Of a stretch of 62,504 nt of DNA, positions 42,645 through 53,904 are shown piece after piece. The notes below the pieces were generated by a model, which did not search any database, was not told the origin of the DNA, and worked only from the letters and a program-made list of their open reading frames with translations. Positions within the stretch are counted from its first letter, which is position 1; each line of letters opens with the position of its first letter. The stretch lies in NCBI GenBank assembly GCA_040285745.1, contig JAUFOR010000008.1, positions 2,108,001 through 2,170,504 on the forward strand, in the 5' to 3' direction. The DNA is from Barthelona sp. PCE (Eukaryota). The translations under genes were made by a program, and so were the position numbers.

Positions 42645-44744
42645 CTATGTTTGAATAAACATGCTGTACTCATCTATGGATGCCTCAGCAAGGAACGATG
42701 GAAGGTGGAACGTTTCCACTGTGGGATTCATCGATTCCGGGTCTTCCTCAATATTGAAAGTTTTCACCACCATTGACTTGGTTTCTTCTTCGTACAATAT
42801 ATCTTGAACAATGTTATTGGGTAAATTTGGATCGTTGTTTTGCTTCATATCATGAGAATAAGGCAAATTATTGTTCGTAAAAAAACGCGTTGTAAGTACA
42901 CCGTTATCAACAGATGCTTTAACTACACCGTTACAAACATGTATATACGAATCTCCCAGGAAATCTCGGAAAAAGTTGCCTTCCTCCGTTTCATCATATA
43001 TATAATACTGATAAAGGAGAACAGGTTCTAAGAAGCTTCCTGTTGACCAATCAAGACAATTCAAATGCTCAGATTCAAATTCTTGATCGTGTTTCTGTAT
43101 AAGAAATAGCTGATGATCAGGTGTTTCAGCCAATGGACGAGGGTTAAGGTAAACATCACATGAATATTCATGTTCAAAAACAATGTGCTTTTGAACATCC
43201 ACGTCATACCCGCTGACATTGAACCGAAAAAAATGGACTGCTTCATCACATACAATGCACGCTGAATTATCAATATGTGAACCATAAACCCCTCTGATTC
43301 TAATATTAAGGGGAAGCTCCAAAATCATCTTACTTCCCAAATACAACAAGCATGTGTCTTCATAATAGCCAGCATTGACTGGTAACCCAAGAATGAAGCC
43401 AAAGATTTCAGACCCGCAATGCGGTAAAATAATTGTGGTGTGATTGGATCCTGAACCTTTCCAGTGTATTTTGGCACATGTAATACCTGTTTCACTGCGT
43501 TGCTGAGCCATTACATAGAAATCAACTGAATCATCAAATTTTATGTTGAAATTTCCTTGATGCTTATTCACATTCTTCAGCACAATAAGCCTCCTTTCTT
43601 TGAAACAAAAGTAACTCCTTCTCACAAGATCATCATACACTTCCGCTATTCCATCAAAAAAAATTCCTGTTGGATTAAGACTTTTTAAATGCACAACCTC
43701 ATTACCAACCTCACTGAATTTGATTGGGCCATAACGTCTTCTTCTATTCGCACCAAATAAAACACAACCTTCATCATGAAAGTAACTATCGTTCAAGTCT
43801 ATATGCTTAAAATTATCACAAAGTACATTCTTAAGATTCATTTCACCTCTTGCTATCTTAAAGTCACCGCTTACGATATGAATCATTGTAAAACTTGACC
43901 CAATAAGTAACATTGACAAAACATCTTGAGTGAGCGTCAACAATGAAAAATTTTAGTTTCTGTTAATACACAATCCTTTAAGCTGTGGAAACCTTTCTGT
44001 TAAGTTAACGCGGTTCCTCTGAGTATCAAGTATCATTAGCTCATCAATTTCTTGATCGCGAAACCGGACTGAACAAATACAATCCGAGTTGTAACACCCG
44101 AAGTATTTTGAATCAATACCATGCAACTGCTCAATATCAGGTTCATGTACCTCGTCCATGTCATCTGCAGAAAAATTGTAATGCCAAATGGATTTATCTT
44201 GGCTTTTCTTTAACATAATGTAGTTTGAAAAATTCACTTCAATTGAGCTGTACTCTCCAATACATCTATGTTCCTCTGTTAGCACATTTAATATGTAGCA
44301 CTTATGAAAAAATTGCCTGTTGTTAGCGGATTCCCCAATTGTGAACAGTAGGTGTTTTTCATCAATGGGAATTATTCTGCCTAATAGCCTCCTAAAGCTG
44401 TTCATCTCAAATGGGAAGGATATTCTTCTGCTTGTATGTTCAGCACTCATGACATCATTAAATAATAAGATATCAAGATGGGTTAAACTACGATTATCAT
44501 CACAAAGCTCTTTAATTATCATATAAAATTCTCCAGCTTTTAATTTGGATGTGTACTTGAGATGCTTATATGTGTCCTCCACATACCCAACGAATTCATT
44601 GCCTTCAATACCACTTTCAATGAGATTGGTGATACTTGTTCCTCTAGAACTTAACAATCTTAGACCCTGGCCCTCAAATATCATCTGCCCCTCGGGATAT
44701 GCCCTGATGATAAGGTCGTCCTCGAACTTTCGAACCCTAGGCAT
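42645..44744 (-). pseudogene. MPRVRKFEDDL-family paralog 1, interrupted by an in-frame TAA at 43953-43955
   Basis: ORFs 43953..44744 and 42645..43943 share a frame and together align end to end with 49598..51709, which has TCA (Ser) at this codon. Confidence 0.75.
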
Positions 44745-44809
44745 ATGGATGTGGTGAGAATTCCGGAAACAATGAACAAATTTTCATAACCTCTTTCAGC
44801 TCGAAATTT

Positions 44810-46286
44810 ATGAGCAGAAATGCATCAAAAGCACGAAAAATCGCGGATATAGCCCGGGAGGCGCCCAATTGCGCTTCAAAATGCACGTTCAAACACGTTC
44901 ATATCTTGCTCTCCCCGTCTGACGGCGGTGCGTGGAAAGTTACCCTACACTCGAGCACAGGGGGCACGTTCATCGACACACAGCTCGACAACGACGTGTC
45001 ATCACTCATCAACGAAACAAATCCTGAAAAGGTCTTGATGTCGTGCGGTGACACGTACTGAGCCATCGGTATCGTCAACAATAGCAGCAGAGATAGATTG
45101 TACGAGACGCACTTTGTTACTTTCACATACAACGATGATGGTATTGAAATTCTGAACCGTGTTGTTGTTCCGGAAGTTTGCACTCACATGTGCGTGTATG
45201 ACAGGAATCTGGGCATCATCGGTGCTAACCAAAACGTCATAACCACTTACTTAGTACTTAACGACGGATCGCTCGTGAACAGAACCGAGCATCATCTTCC
45301 GTTTCCGATAACAAGTTTTTACCTTTGCCTCCACAACTGGGTGATCGCCACCAAGCATCTGCATCTGAATGAGTCTATTATCGGCCTTTACAATATAGAT
45401 TCTGGAGAGCATACGACTCTTCCGTATATTGTGACTGAGCTGGACATTTCGATCTCAGCGAGCAACAGCTATTCGTTTGATGCCTGTAACATGGCAATGC
45501 GCGATGAGATTGTGTTTGTGACGCTTTCGTTTCCAAACAAGGAGATGTACACAATGAGCACTGCCAGTGCTAACCAAAAGTACGAGACAACGGATGAATT
45601 GAGGATGAATTCCATTTCCAGTGAGGATTACCAAACGCTAACAGTCGCTGATATAATTGAACCCAGTGCACCTTCATTTGGAGGAAGCGTTTCTGTGTGC
45701 GTTGATCTGTAAGAAGCAAAAACAACCAGAAAAGTCATTGCCCTCAATAGCTGCAACAATGCATGCGGCTGCGAACCGGAAGATGGGGGAAGGTGATGGG
45801 AAGGTGCTTACCAGAGATGGCAGCTTTGAATTGATGTCCAATGACGGAAAATTGATCTTAGTTAATGATGTCACAGGAGAGAGTTTTTCAACATTAGAAG
45901 CTTATGAACAAGATGCTGCATATTTGATGAGGGTAAATGAACATTATATGGTTATTTGTGCTAGTGGTTCATTTTTAAATATTGATGATATCACAGCTGT
46001 TTGTATATATCAAATTGAAAACGGTGATTGCACAAAAGTTTGCTTGAAATATTTTGGCAGCAAGACAATTTCTGCAGAATTAAAGCACACCAACAGTTTG
46101 TTTTTGGACTTTGAAGACAAAGAAGTATGTGCAAACATAACCATGCAGGGTTTAACGGATTTGGAGTATTCTCATAAGGATATTGATAGTTGCTCTTGTA
46201 TGGATATTGTCAGTTTTAAACCCTTATTATCGCTCATTGTAGTATTTTTAGTATTTTTTATTTATCAAGCAATAAAAAAATTATGA
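44810..46286 (+). pseudogene. Interrupted gene with a C-terminal TM anchor (in-frame TGA at 45059-45061; frame change near 45.7 kb)
   Basis: ORFs 44810..45061 and 45098..45712 are in frame across one TGA. 45657..46286 overlaps in another frame and ends in a hydrophobic helix. Confidence 0.55.
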
Positions 46287-46465
46287 CACAGTAATTTGTT
46301 ATTCCCATTCTTGTTTACTTTTACCAATTGTGCTTGCGGAAATATGTTGTTAGGTGTTACCTATGATTCAGAAGTAGAAATGAATTATGCTGGATTAACA
46401 AATTTTTTGTTTCATTATAACAAGTCTTCAAAAAAAGTGTCTTTTTTTATGCTAAGGTAATGGAG

Positions 46466-48652
46466 CTATTCATTATTTGTCTGTGAATGATAGTTGGGCA
46501 TATGGTACTCAACAACGGAAGCCTCCGCCAGGAACGAAGGAAGGTGAAACCTTTCCACAGTGGGATTAGTTGATTCTGGATCTTCCTCAACGTTGTATGT
46601 TTTCAACACCATTGTCTTGGTTTCTTCTTCGTAAATAACTTCCTGAACAACGTTATTAGGCATATTTAAGCTGCGAATATCGTTGCCAATATTTGGTAAA
46701 ATAGTATTTGTATAAAATCGCATTTCAATAACACCATTAACAATGGATACCTTATTAATACCTTGATCTACTTGAATGTACGAATCACCTATGAAATTAA
46801 AGAAACAGTTACCTTCCAAGAATTCTTCATCCATTTCACCATCATCTGAATATTTATATATCAAAACGGGTTCCAAAAAATTTCCTGTTGACCAATCTAA
46901 ACAATGCAAATACTGTTCCTCACCATCATTATTGTATTTATATGTAACAAAGAGCTGGTGGTCAGCTGTATCTATTAATGGATGATGACAGTAGAATACA
47001 TTCGAAACATCATCGCCATGATGAAAAGTGATGTGCTTTTGAACCTCAACATCATTATTATTGATCAACAATTGTAAAAAATGTGTTGAATTAGTACAAC
47101 TAACACACATAGAACTTCCAGTGACTGAAGGCTTGCAATTATTTATGTACTCATTTAGAGGTAGCTCCAATACTTTTGTTTTACCAATATAACCTTGACA
47201 AACATTTTCATTATACTCAATAAAAAATGGTAACCCAAGAACTAAGCTAACATAACTCAAAAAGCCATCATTTTCAAAAGGAGTTATTATTGGTTTTGAT
47301 TCTGAACCTTCCCAGTGTATTTTAACTATTTCTGGAGCATCTGGTCTTGCATCACACTGTGCAATCATAAAGAAATGCTCTTCCTCAAATGGGTGCATCG
47401 ATAGTTCTCTGTAATTCTTTTCGAACATTAAACTATCGTTAGTCATAACGCTTTTATGTGTGACGATTCTTTTTTCTTTGAAATAAAAGTAACACTGTCT
47501 TTTCATAGTGCTGTCTGTAAAATGTGCTGTACCATCATACATAACTCTGTGAGGCCAAAAATTTTGCAATCGAATCACCTCGTTATTGACTTTTCTAAAC
47601 TTTATAGGACCAAAAACACCCGTTGCATTACAAGTTCCTAAAAACTGGCATTGTTCATTATGAAAAGAATTCGCCAAGTCAAGGTGTTTTATATTATCAA
47701 ATTGAATATATTCACTGCATAAATCACCAGTTGACGACTTAAGCTCCCCGTTTTCAATATGAACAACAGTACAAATAGAGCTATTATAGAAAAGCGCAGA
47801 AAATTCATCTTGTGTCAATGTGAACAAGGAAAAACAAGAACAGTAAGATATTTTCAACTCTAGTAACTGTGGGAATCTTTCCAATAGATCAACACGGTTT
47901 CGTTTACGGTCAAAAATGATCAATTCTTCAAATCCTCTGCCAAATAAGGCAAAACAAACACATTCAGCATTGTTACATCCTATACAGCTTTGATTATGGA
48001 CACCTTCTAGCTGTACGATATCCGGCTCATGAGCCTCGTCCATATCATCTACGCAGAAATTGTAGTGAAATATTGAAAAATCATTTTCATAATTGCTCAT
48101 CAATACATATTCAATGGAACAATTGCTGTTGGTGGAGTAATGGTAGTACTCTCCAAGGCACCTGTACTGTTCTGTTAGAATATTGAGAATGTAACAATGA
48201 GTCGATTCTCCATTCTGGTGTTCTTCATCAACCTCTGCAATAGAAAAAAAAATGTGGTTCTCATCTAATGGAACAAATTCGCTCGATACATATTTATGTA
48301 AATTATCCAAATCATCAAAAGGGAAACGAATCTTTCTGTTTGTGTGTTCATCACTGTTAATTTCGTTGAAATACAGGATTTCAAGATCAGTTAATCGATC
48401 ATTTTCGCTAAAATGCTGTTCAACAATCATATATCCTGCTCCAGCTTTTCGCTTGTAATAATACTGAAGTGATTCACACGTTTCTTCAACATATCCACAA
48501 AATTCTTCCCCATCAACAGCATCAATGAGATTGTGTAAATGAGTGTCTTCTCTAGTTTTGACCATTCTAACACCCTGACCTTCAAAAATAATTTGCCCCT
48601 CGGGATATGCCTTAATGATAAGGTCATCCTCGAATTTACGGATACGAGGCAT
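46466..48652 (-). CDS. MPRVRKFEDDL-family paralog 2 (728 aa, beta-rich, unknown function)
   Basis: Shares MPR.RKFEDDL, HYNF..DDMDE.HEPDI.QL, L.ERFPQL, L.CLDWSTG.FLEPV and FHLPSFLAEAS with its neighbours. Confidence 0.85.
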   Translation of the reverse strand: MPRIRKFEDDLIIKAYPEGQIIFEGQGVRMVKTREDTHLHNLIDAVDGEEFCGYVEETCESLQYYYKRKAGAGYMIVEQHFSENDRLTDLEILYFNEINSDEHTNRKIRFPFDDLDNLHKYVSSEFVPLDENHIFFSIAEVDEEHQNGESTHCYILNILTEQYRCLGEYYHYSTNSNCSIEYVLMSNYENDFSIFHYNFCVDDMDEAHEPDIVQLEGVHNQSCIGCNNAECVCFALFGRGFEELIIFDRKRNRVDLLERFPQLLELKISYCSCFSLFTLTQDEFSALFYNSSICTVVHIENGELKSSTGDLCSEYIQFDNIKHLDLANSFHNEQCQFLGTCNATGVFGPIKFRKVNNEVIRLQNFWPHRVMYDGTAHFTDSTMKRQCYFYFKEKRIVTHKSVMTNDSLMFEKNYRELSMHPFEEEHFFMIAQCDARPDAPEIVKIHWEGSESKPIITPFENDGFLSYVSLVLGLPFFIEYNENVCQGYIGKTKVLELPLNEYINNCKPSVTGSSMCVSCTNSTHFLQLLINNNDVEVQKHITFHHGDDVSNVFYCHHPLIDTADHQLFVTYKYNNDGEEQYLHCLDWSTGNFLEPVLIYKYSDDGEMDEEFLEGNCFFNFIGDSYIQVDQGINKVSIVNGVIEMRFYTNTILPNIGNDIRSLNMPNNVVQEVIYEEETKTMVLKTYNVEEDPESTNPTVERFHLPSFLAEASVVEYHMPNYHSQTNNE

Positions 48653-49597
48653 ATAAAAGTAGTTTGCCGTGATGAAACAAGTGTAAAAAGAGATAGCAGT
48701 TTTGATTACTTACACTGTGAAGATTTAAAGATTCAATTTTATTGTAAAGCTTGACCCCTGATCCTTTATGGACGATAGGGATCAATTATCATTAACTACT
48801 GCTCAGATAATAATGATTATTGAACTTCTTATTGCTATTTTAGGTATTTTATTTTTTAGAAAAATAATCAATGTTTCGGAGACATTTTTTCAAAAGTAAT
48901 CTCTACAGTGTATTTAGGAGAACTAAAATTATCATGTTCACGTATCTAGTATATCATGAATATGTGACCAGAGACGGTCTTTATGTATTTCATTTTAGAA
49001 TGTTATCATTCCTTTAAGCATCAACCACCGGTTTGATGTTCAGTAAGTCCATGGTACAAATAAGAATAAAAATAATACAGGCTGGCTTACCATACATGCG
49101 TTTGTTTCCACCAAATAACTATCAATATTTAAAGCGGAAAAAATGTTAAATTCGAATAAAAAACGTTCAGGCACTATTACATGTTCAGAAAACGCAGAGC
49201 ATGATTCCTTGTAAACAAGAAAGAGAAACTTAAAAAAATAAATGCCCTCATCGTTCAAGTCTTCTGTTGCCATATATAAGAAATTCAATAGTTAACATGG
49301 TATCCAATTGAAGTCGAAAAGTTCTACGTCATCGTTTCTTGATAACATAATATTTTCAAAATACATTAAAAAATAATGTGCAAAAGTAAAGAATGAAAAA
49401 AATTATAAAAAAAAATCCCAAAGCGCCCTTTTTATCTTGATTATAGAATTTTCATAAAAACATCTTTCAGAACTCACAATAACCTCATAAGGGAATAACA
49501 TAGAACACACCAATTTTAAAAATCACAATTATTTTGTTTAGTAAAGAATGTTTGTTGGACACCAGTCTGAATATTTGTTCATCTGATTTTCAGTCTA

Positions 49598-51709
49598 TCA
49601 ACAACATTGTTCATGATAATCGGGCATGTGATACTCAAAGATGGACGCCTCGGCCAGGAACGATGGAAGGTGGAACCTTTCCACTGTGGGATTGATCGAT
49701 TCCGGGTCTTCCTCAATATTGTAAGTTTTCAACAACATTGTTTTGGTCTCCACTTCGTATGACATGTCTTGAACAGTGTTATTGGGCAGATTTGGATCGT
49801 TGCTTATCTTCATGTTAGAAGAATATGGTAAATTGTCGTTTGTGTAAAAATGCGTTTCAATTGCACCATCTTCAACGTATACTTTAATGATACCACCCCT
49901 CACCTGTATGTATGAATCACTCACGAAATTACGGAAACTGTGGCCTTCCTCCGCTTCATCAAACATATCATACTGATAAAGGTGAACAGGCTCTAAGAAG
50001 CTTCCTGTTGACCAATCAAGACAATGCAAATATTCCGCTTCAAGACCTTCATCATCTTCCCGTACAACAAATAGCTGATGATCAGGTGTTTCATTCAATG
50101 GACCAGGGTTAAAGTAAACATCCTCCACAGATCTATGTTCAGAAACAATGTGCTTTTGAACCTCCACATCATACCCGTTGACATTGAGCTGAAAAAAATG
50201 GATTGAATTTCTACACAGAATGCACGCTGAATTATCAAAATGTGAACCATGAACTCTTCTAACTTTCACATTCGGTGGAAGTTCCAAAATCAGCTTTTTT
50301 CCCAAATACACCGAGAGTGCATCATCTTCACGATAGTCAACATTTAAGGGCAACCCAAGAATAAAACCATAATTTTTAAAGCCGCAATGAGGTAAAATGG
50401 TTGTGATAGGTTTGGATTCTGACCAGTGCCAGTGAATTTTGACATATGTATTAGTTTCACCACGGTCCTCTGCCATTACAAAAAAATCACCTGCTTCATT
50501 TGGATGAACTGATAAGATCTTGTACCTCGTACGTGAAAATGGTTTCTTATACCCACGCAGCACAATAAACTTCCTTTCTTTAAAAAAAAAGTAATATCTT
50601 ATGAAAGAGTCATCATACACTTCAGCTATTCCATCAAAAAATATTTTCTTTGATTTAAGTCTTTTCAAACGCATCACCTCATTATCAACTGTTCTGAATT
50701 TGATTGGGCCATAACATTTTGTAATTTTATCAGCACCAAAAAAAACACAATCTTCATCACGAAAGGAATTATCGTTCAAATCTATATGCTTCCAGCCATC
50801 GCAAATTACGTTCTTAAAATTCAGTTTACCCTCTGACATCTTCAATTCACCGTTTTCGATATGAACCATTGTGAATCTTGATCCAATGAATACCATTGAC
50901 AAAACATCTTGAGTGAGCGTTAATAATGCAATTTTTGAGTTTTTCTTAATATACAATCCTTTAAGCTGCGGAAACCTTTCTGTCAAGTTAACTTGGTTCC
51001 TTTGACTGTCAAATATTACCAATTCACCATATCTATGAACTGAAAAAATGCAATCCGAGTTTAAGCACCCGAAGTATCTTGAATCAATACCATACAACTG
51101 CTCAATATCAGGTTCATGTACCTCGTCCATGTCATCTGCAGAAAAATTGTAATGCCATGTGGTATCATCTTGGTATTTCTTTAACAAAATGTAGTTTGAA
51201 TTAATGGTTGGTTGAGAGTCATAATCTCCAAGACATCTATATTCCTCCGTTTGCACATTTAATATGTAGCACTGTATCACTTGCCTGTTATTAACGGTAT
51301 CACTAATGGTGAATAGTAGGTGGTTTTCATCCATCGGAAATATTCTGCTAATTTGAAACCTTCCTATGTTGTCAAAAGGGAAGGGTATTCTCCTTCTTGT
51401 ATGTTCATCGCTCATGATATCACTAAACAATAAAATATCAAGATGGGTTAAAATACCACTGTCGTCAAAAAACTTTTCGATGATCATGTAAGATTCTCCA
51501 GCTTTTAATTTGGATGTGTACTGAAGAGGCTTACGCGTATCCTCCACATACCCAACAAAGTCCTTGTCTTCAATAGCGCTTTCAATGAGGCTGATTTCGG
51601 TGATTTCTCTTGACTTAATCAATGCTACGCCCTCTCCCTCAAATATCAGCTGCCCCTCGGGATATGCCTTCATTACAAGGTCATCCTCGAATTTACGAAC
51701 CCTGGGCAT
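49598..51709 (-). CDS. MPRVRKFEDDL-family paralog 3 (703 aa, beta-rich, unknown function)
   Basis: Same family motifs; closest to paralog 1. Confidence 0.85.
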   Translation of the reverse strand: MPRVRKFEDDLVMKAYPEGQLIFEGEGVALIKSREITEISLIESAIEDKDFVGYVEDTRKPLQYTSKLKAGESYMIIEKFFDDSGILTHLDILLFSDIMSDEHTRRRIPFPFDNIGRFQISRIFPMDENHLLFTISDTVNNRQVIQCYILNVQTEEYRCLGDYDSQPTINSNYILLKKYQDDTTWHYNFSADDMDEVHEPDIEQLYGIDSRYFGCLNSDCIFSVHRYGELVIFDSQRNQVNLTERFPQLKGLYIKKNSKIALLTLTQDVLSMVFIGSRFTMVHIENGELKMSEGKLNFKNVICDGWKHIDLNDNSFRDEDCVFFGADKITKCYGPIKFRTVDNEVMRLKRLKSKKIFFDGIAEVYDDSFIRYYFFFKERKFIVLRGYKKPFSRTRYKILSVHPNEAGDFFVMAEDRGETNTYVKIHWHWSESKPITTILPHCGFKNYGFILGLPLNVDYREDDALSVYLGKKLILELPPNVKVRRVHGSHFDNSACILCRNSIHFFQLNVNGYDVEVQKHIVSEHRSVEDVYFNPGPLNETPDHQLFVVREDDEGLEAEYLHCLDWSTGSFLEPVHLYQYDMFDEAEEGHSFRNFVSDSYIQVRGGIIKVYVEDGAIETHFYTNDNLPYSSNMKISNDPNLPNNTVQDMSYEVETKTMLLKTYNIEEDPESINPTVERFHLPSFLAEASIFEYHMPDYHEQCC

Positions 51710-51772
51710 ATATAGCTGTAATGAAGTAGGTGAATATTAAGATAGCTTGCATATATTAAATATTAGTGCTTG

Positions 51773-51926
51773 CACGTGGCATATAAAGATGATATAATAC
51801 ACGTGAAGCGTAAACAGAAAGCGCGAATGTGAAACAGGACTGCATTCGAATTTCTATCCCCTCACAGATTTATTGATGTGGTTCGCAGGGCTTGTAGCAC
51901 GTGGCACGTAAGATTGTTGGCACGTG
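51773..51926. promoter_or_regulatory. Cluster of four CACGTG (E-box/G-box) palindromes
   Basis: CACGTG at 51773, 51800, 51898 and 51921, 64-217 bp upstream of the paralog 3 ATG. Function is inferred only. Confidence 0.4.
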
Positions 51927-53359
51927 AGGGCATTGGCTTGGTTGTGGGGCACTTTTTTGCTGCGTTGTGGGTACGGCTCGCGCCTTTTGGGATGTGCTTC
52001 ATTGTACACGCATAAGCATTCAGTAAGCACCGCTGCATGCGTCACTGGATGCTAGACTGCGCCAAAACTTCTGTTTCCAAATTTTCAGCCTAATTCTCAT
52101 CAGATTTTCCTGATTCACACGATGCCAACCGTAAAGCGTGAATGTGAGGACGACGATATCGACGTTCAAACGTCTTTTGAGTTTGTGCTGGATTGAACCA
52201 CTGTTTTGGTGGCATTACGAAAGTCATGATGCCAATCTTGTCGCCAACGATTCCAATTTTGGTGACATATAGGAAGAGATCCGGTTGCTGACAGGATGTT
52301 CGACTGATGTATGTTTGTTGAAAGAGACGAAGGTTTGAAAATTGAATAATAAGAGGGAGAATCGAAATTCTTTTTTTTATCCAAGGTATCGTTACAAATG
52401 GATATATGATATGGGTGCTTCATAAGAATATTGTACAACTGCATATGCTTACAAATCACTAATTTTCAGATTTGTATTTAATCACTCAGTCAGAGAATGT
52501 TGTTTTTAATGTTTTCTATTTCTTTATATTAGGAATTGAGATATTGAGATATTCCATATGTTTTTGCAGTATCCCAGTGACACAATGCCTCTCATCATTG
52601 ATTGGCATCATCATGGACAGTGAATATTGAGAATAACTTGATGGCAATTATGAATATGCACTGCAGCAGAGTAGAATCAACGTTTGCTGAGATCATAGCG
52701 TTGGTACAGCGTGACCCCAGCGTTGTCTTATATCGATAATAAATTCGTGAATAATGAGTTTTAAACTTTTTTGAAAACAGAAATGAAAGCATTCTTTTGT
52801 CGTGACTGGTTGGAGCAGCATTTTGAATTTTTTTGAGTGAGCATGTTACCGTGTTGTGTATGCGTTTATCCGTTGTAAGCCTGGCATAACTCGGTGCATA
52901 CAGAGATACAGTTGCAGGTTCATGCATGCGGCATCTCTGGCTATTTGAATGTGTTGTGCAATTGGATGGTATGTGCTTATAAGTGGTGCAGCTCTGGTAT
53001 AGCAATAAATTTGAGCTCAAAAAAAGAAAAAAATGTTGCACGCACCTGTAATGCTCTGTGCATATTTCCGTCGTGATGGGGTTGATATATATGATATGTA
53101 TTGCAGTATGTTGCAGGACTGCGAGTGGAATCTTAATGGAATAAAAGATACGTTTTTTCTCGGCGCTGCGTGGCTATTTTTTCATTTCAATCAAGTTTAG
53201 TGTTAGTATATGTGCTTCTTATGCGTGGAGACCAATTTTGATTGAGAGCGCGAATTCTTAAGAGGAGAAATGAGCTCTTAGAAATTCCCAACTAGAAAGT
53301 TACCCCTAATAAGTCTGCTAATAAAATGAGAGAAATGCTACCGTGGAAATTTGGTTTTG

Positions 53360-53767
53360 CTGATATTTTTATTAGTATTTAGTGTGAGTTGAGTTTTGGA
53401 AACTATTAACACGATATATCATAGATGTGATATATACAATAGACATTATCAAATTCAAACTGTAATATATGATTTTATAAGGAATGAACCTTATTCTGAT
53501 TTCACTAACATAATATATTAGCAATTCTTTTAGATATTCGCGTGGAATTTAGTATTTACTAATATTTGTGTTTGTGAACTTTTTGAGTTCGCATCACTAT
53601 TGTTAAGATTTTTTTGTGATGCCCAACTTTTGGAATTCACTAATATCATTATTAGCAATTCGCTGAAAGTGAGCACGAGCGAATTTTTTTATTAGGCGCT
53701 AATGAATTATATTAGGGAGAAAATGAATAATTGGCGAGAAATCTCCGTTTACTAACATTATTATTAC
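53360..53767. repeat. Degenerate AT-rich dyad repeats CTAA-N8/9-TTAG with short inverted repeats
   Basis: Exact units at 53505, 53640 and 53699; one-mismatch units at 53360 and 53752. Inverted repeats GCATCAC/GTGATGC (53591-53622) and AATTCGCT/AGCGAATT (53657-53685). Confidence 0.5.
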
Positions 53768-53904
53768 TTATATTTTTGAAATGGTCAAAACAAATCAAAC
53801 TCCGCCGAAACGCGCGTAGAGTAGTAAATAGTTTATTAGTTTTCGAGCAAGCTGTCCCGGATTCTCGTATGTACTGTTCCTTGGTCTTCTGCTAACTGTT
53901 AGTA

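Noticed and set aside
43953-43955. Alternative genetic code (TAA/TAG = Gln, as in hexamitid diplomonads)
   Set aside because: TAA, TAG and TGA all end conserved genes here, long ORFs have no internal TAR, and the paralog has Ser rather than Gln at this site.
49040-49288. 82-aa ORF between paralogs 2 and 3
   Set aside because: Non-ATG start, AT-rich and no motif. Possibly a relic, but not supportable.
51888-51960. tRNA-like start GGGCTTGTAGCAC...GTGG followed by a T run
   Set aside because: No T-loop/B-box (GTTCRA) at the right distance and no acceptor-stem complement.
52122-53075. Fourth, inverted member of the MPRVRKFEDDL family (MPTVKRECEDDDI...)
   Set aside because: Resemblance is limited to a few N-terminal residues, with no downstream family motifs. 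At most an unassignable relic.
53360-53767. CRISPR-like array
   Set aside because: Repeats are short, degenerate and irregularly spaced, the context is eukaryotic, and there are no cas genes.
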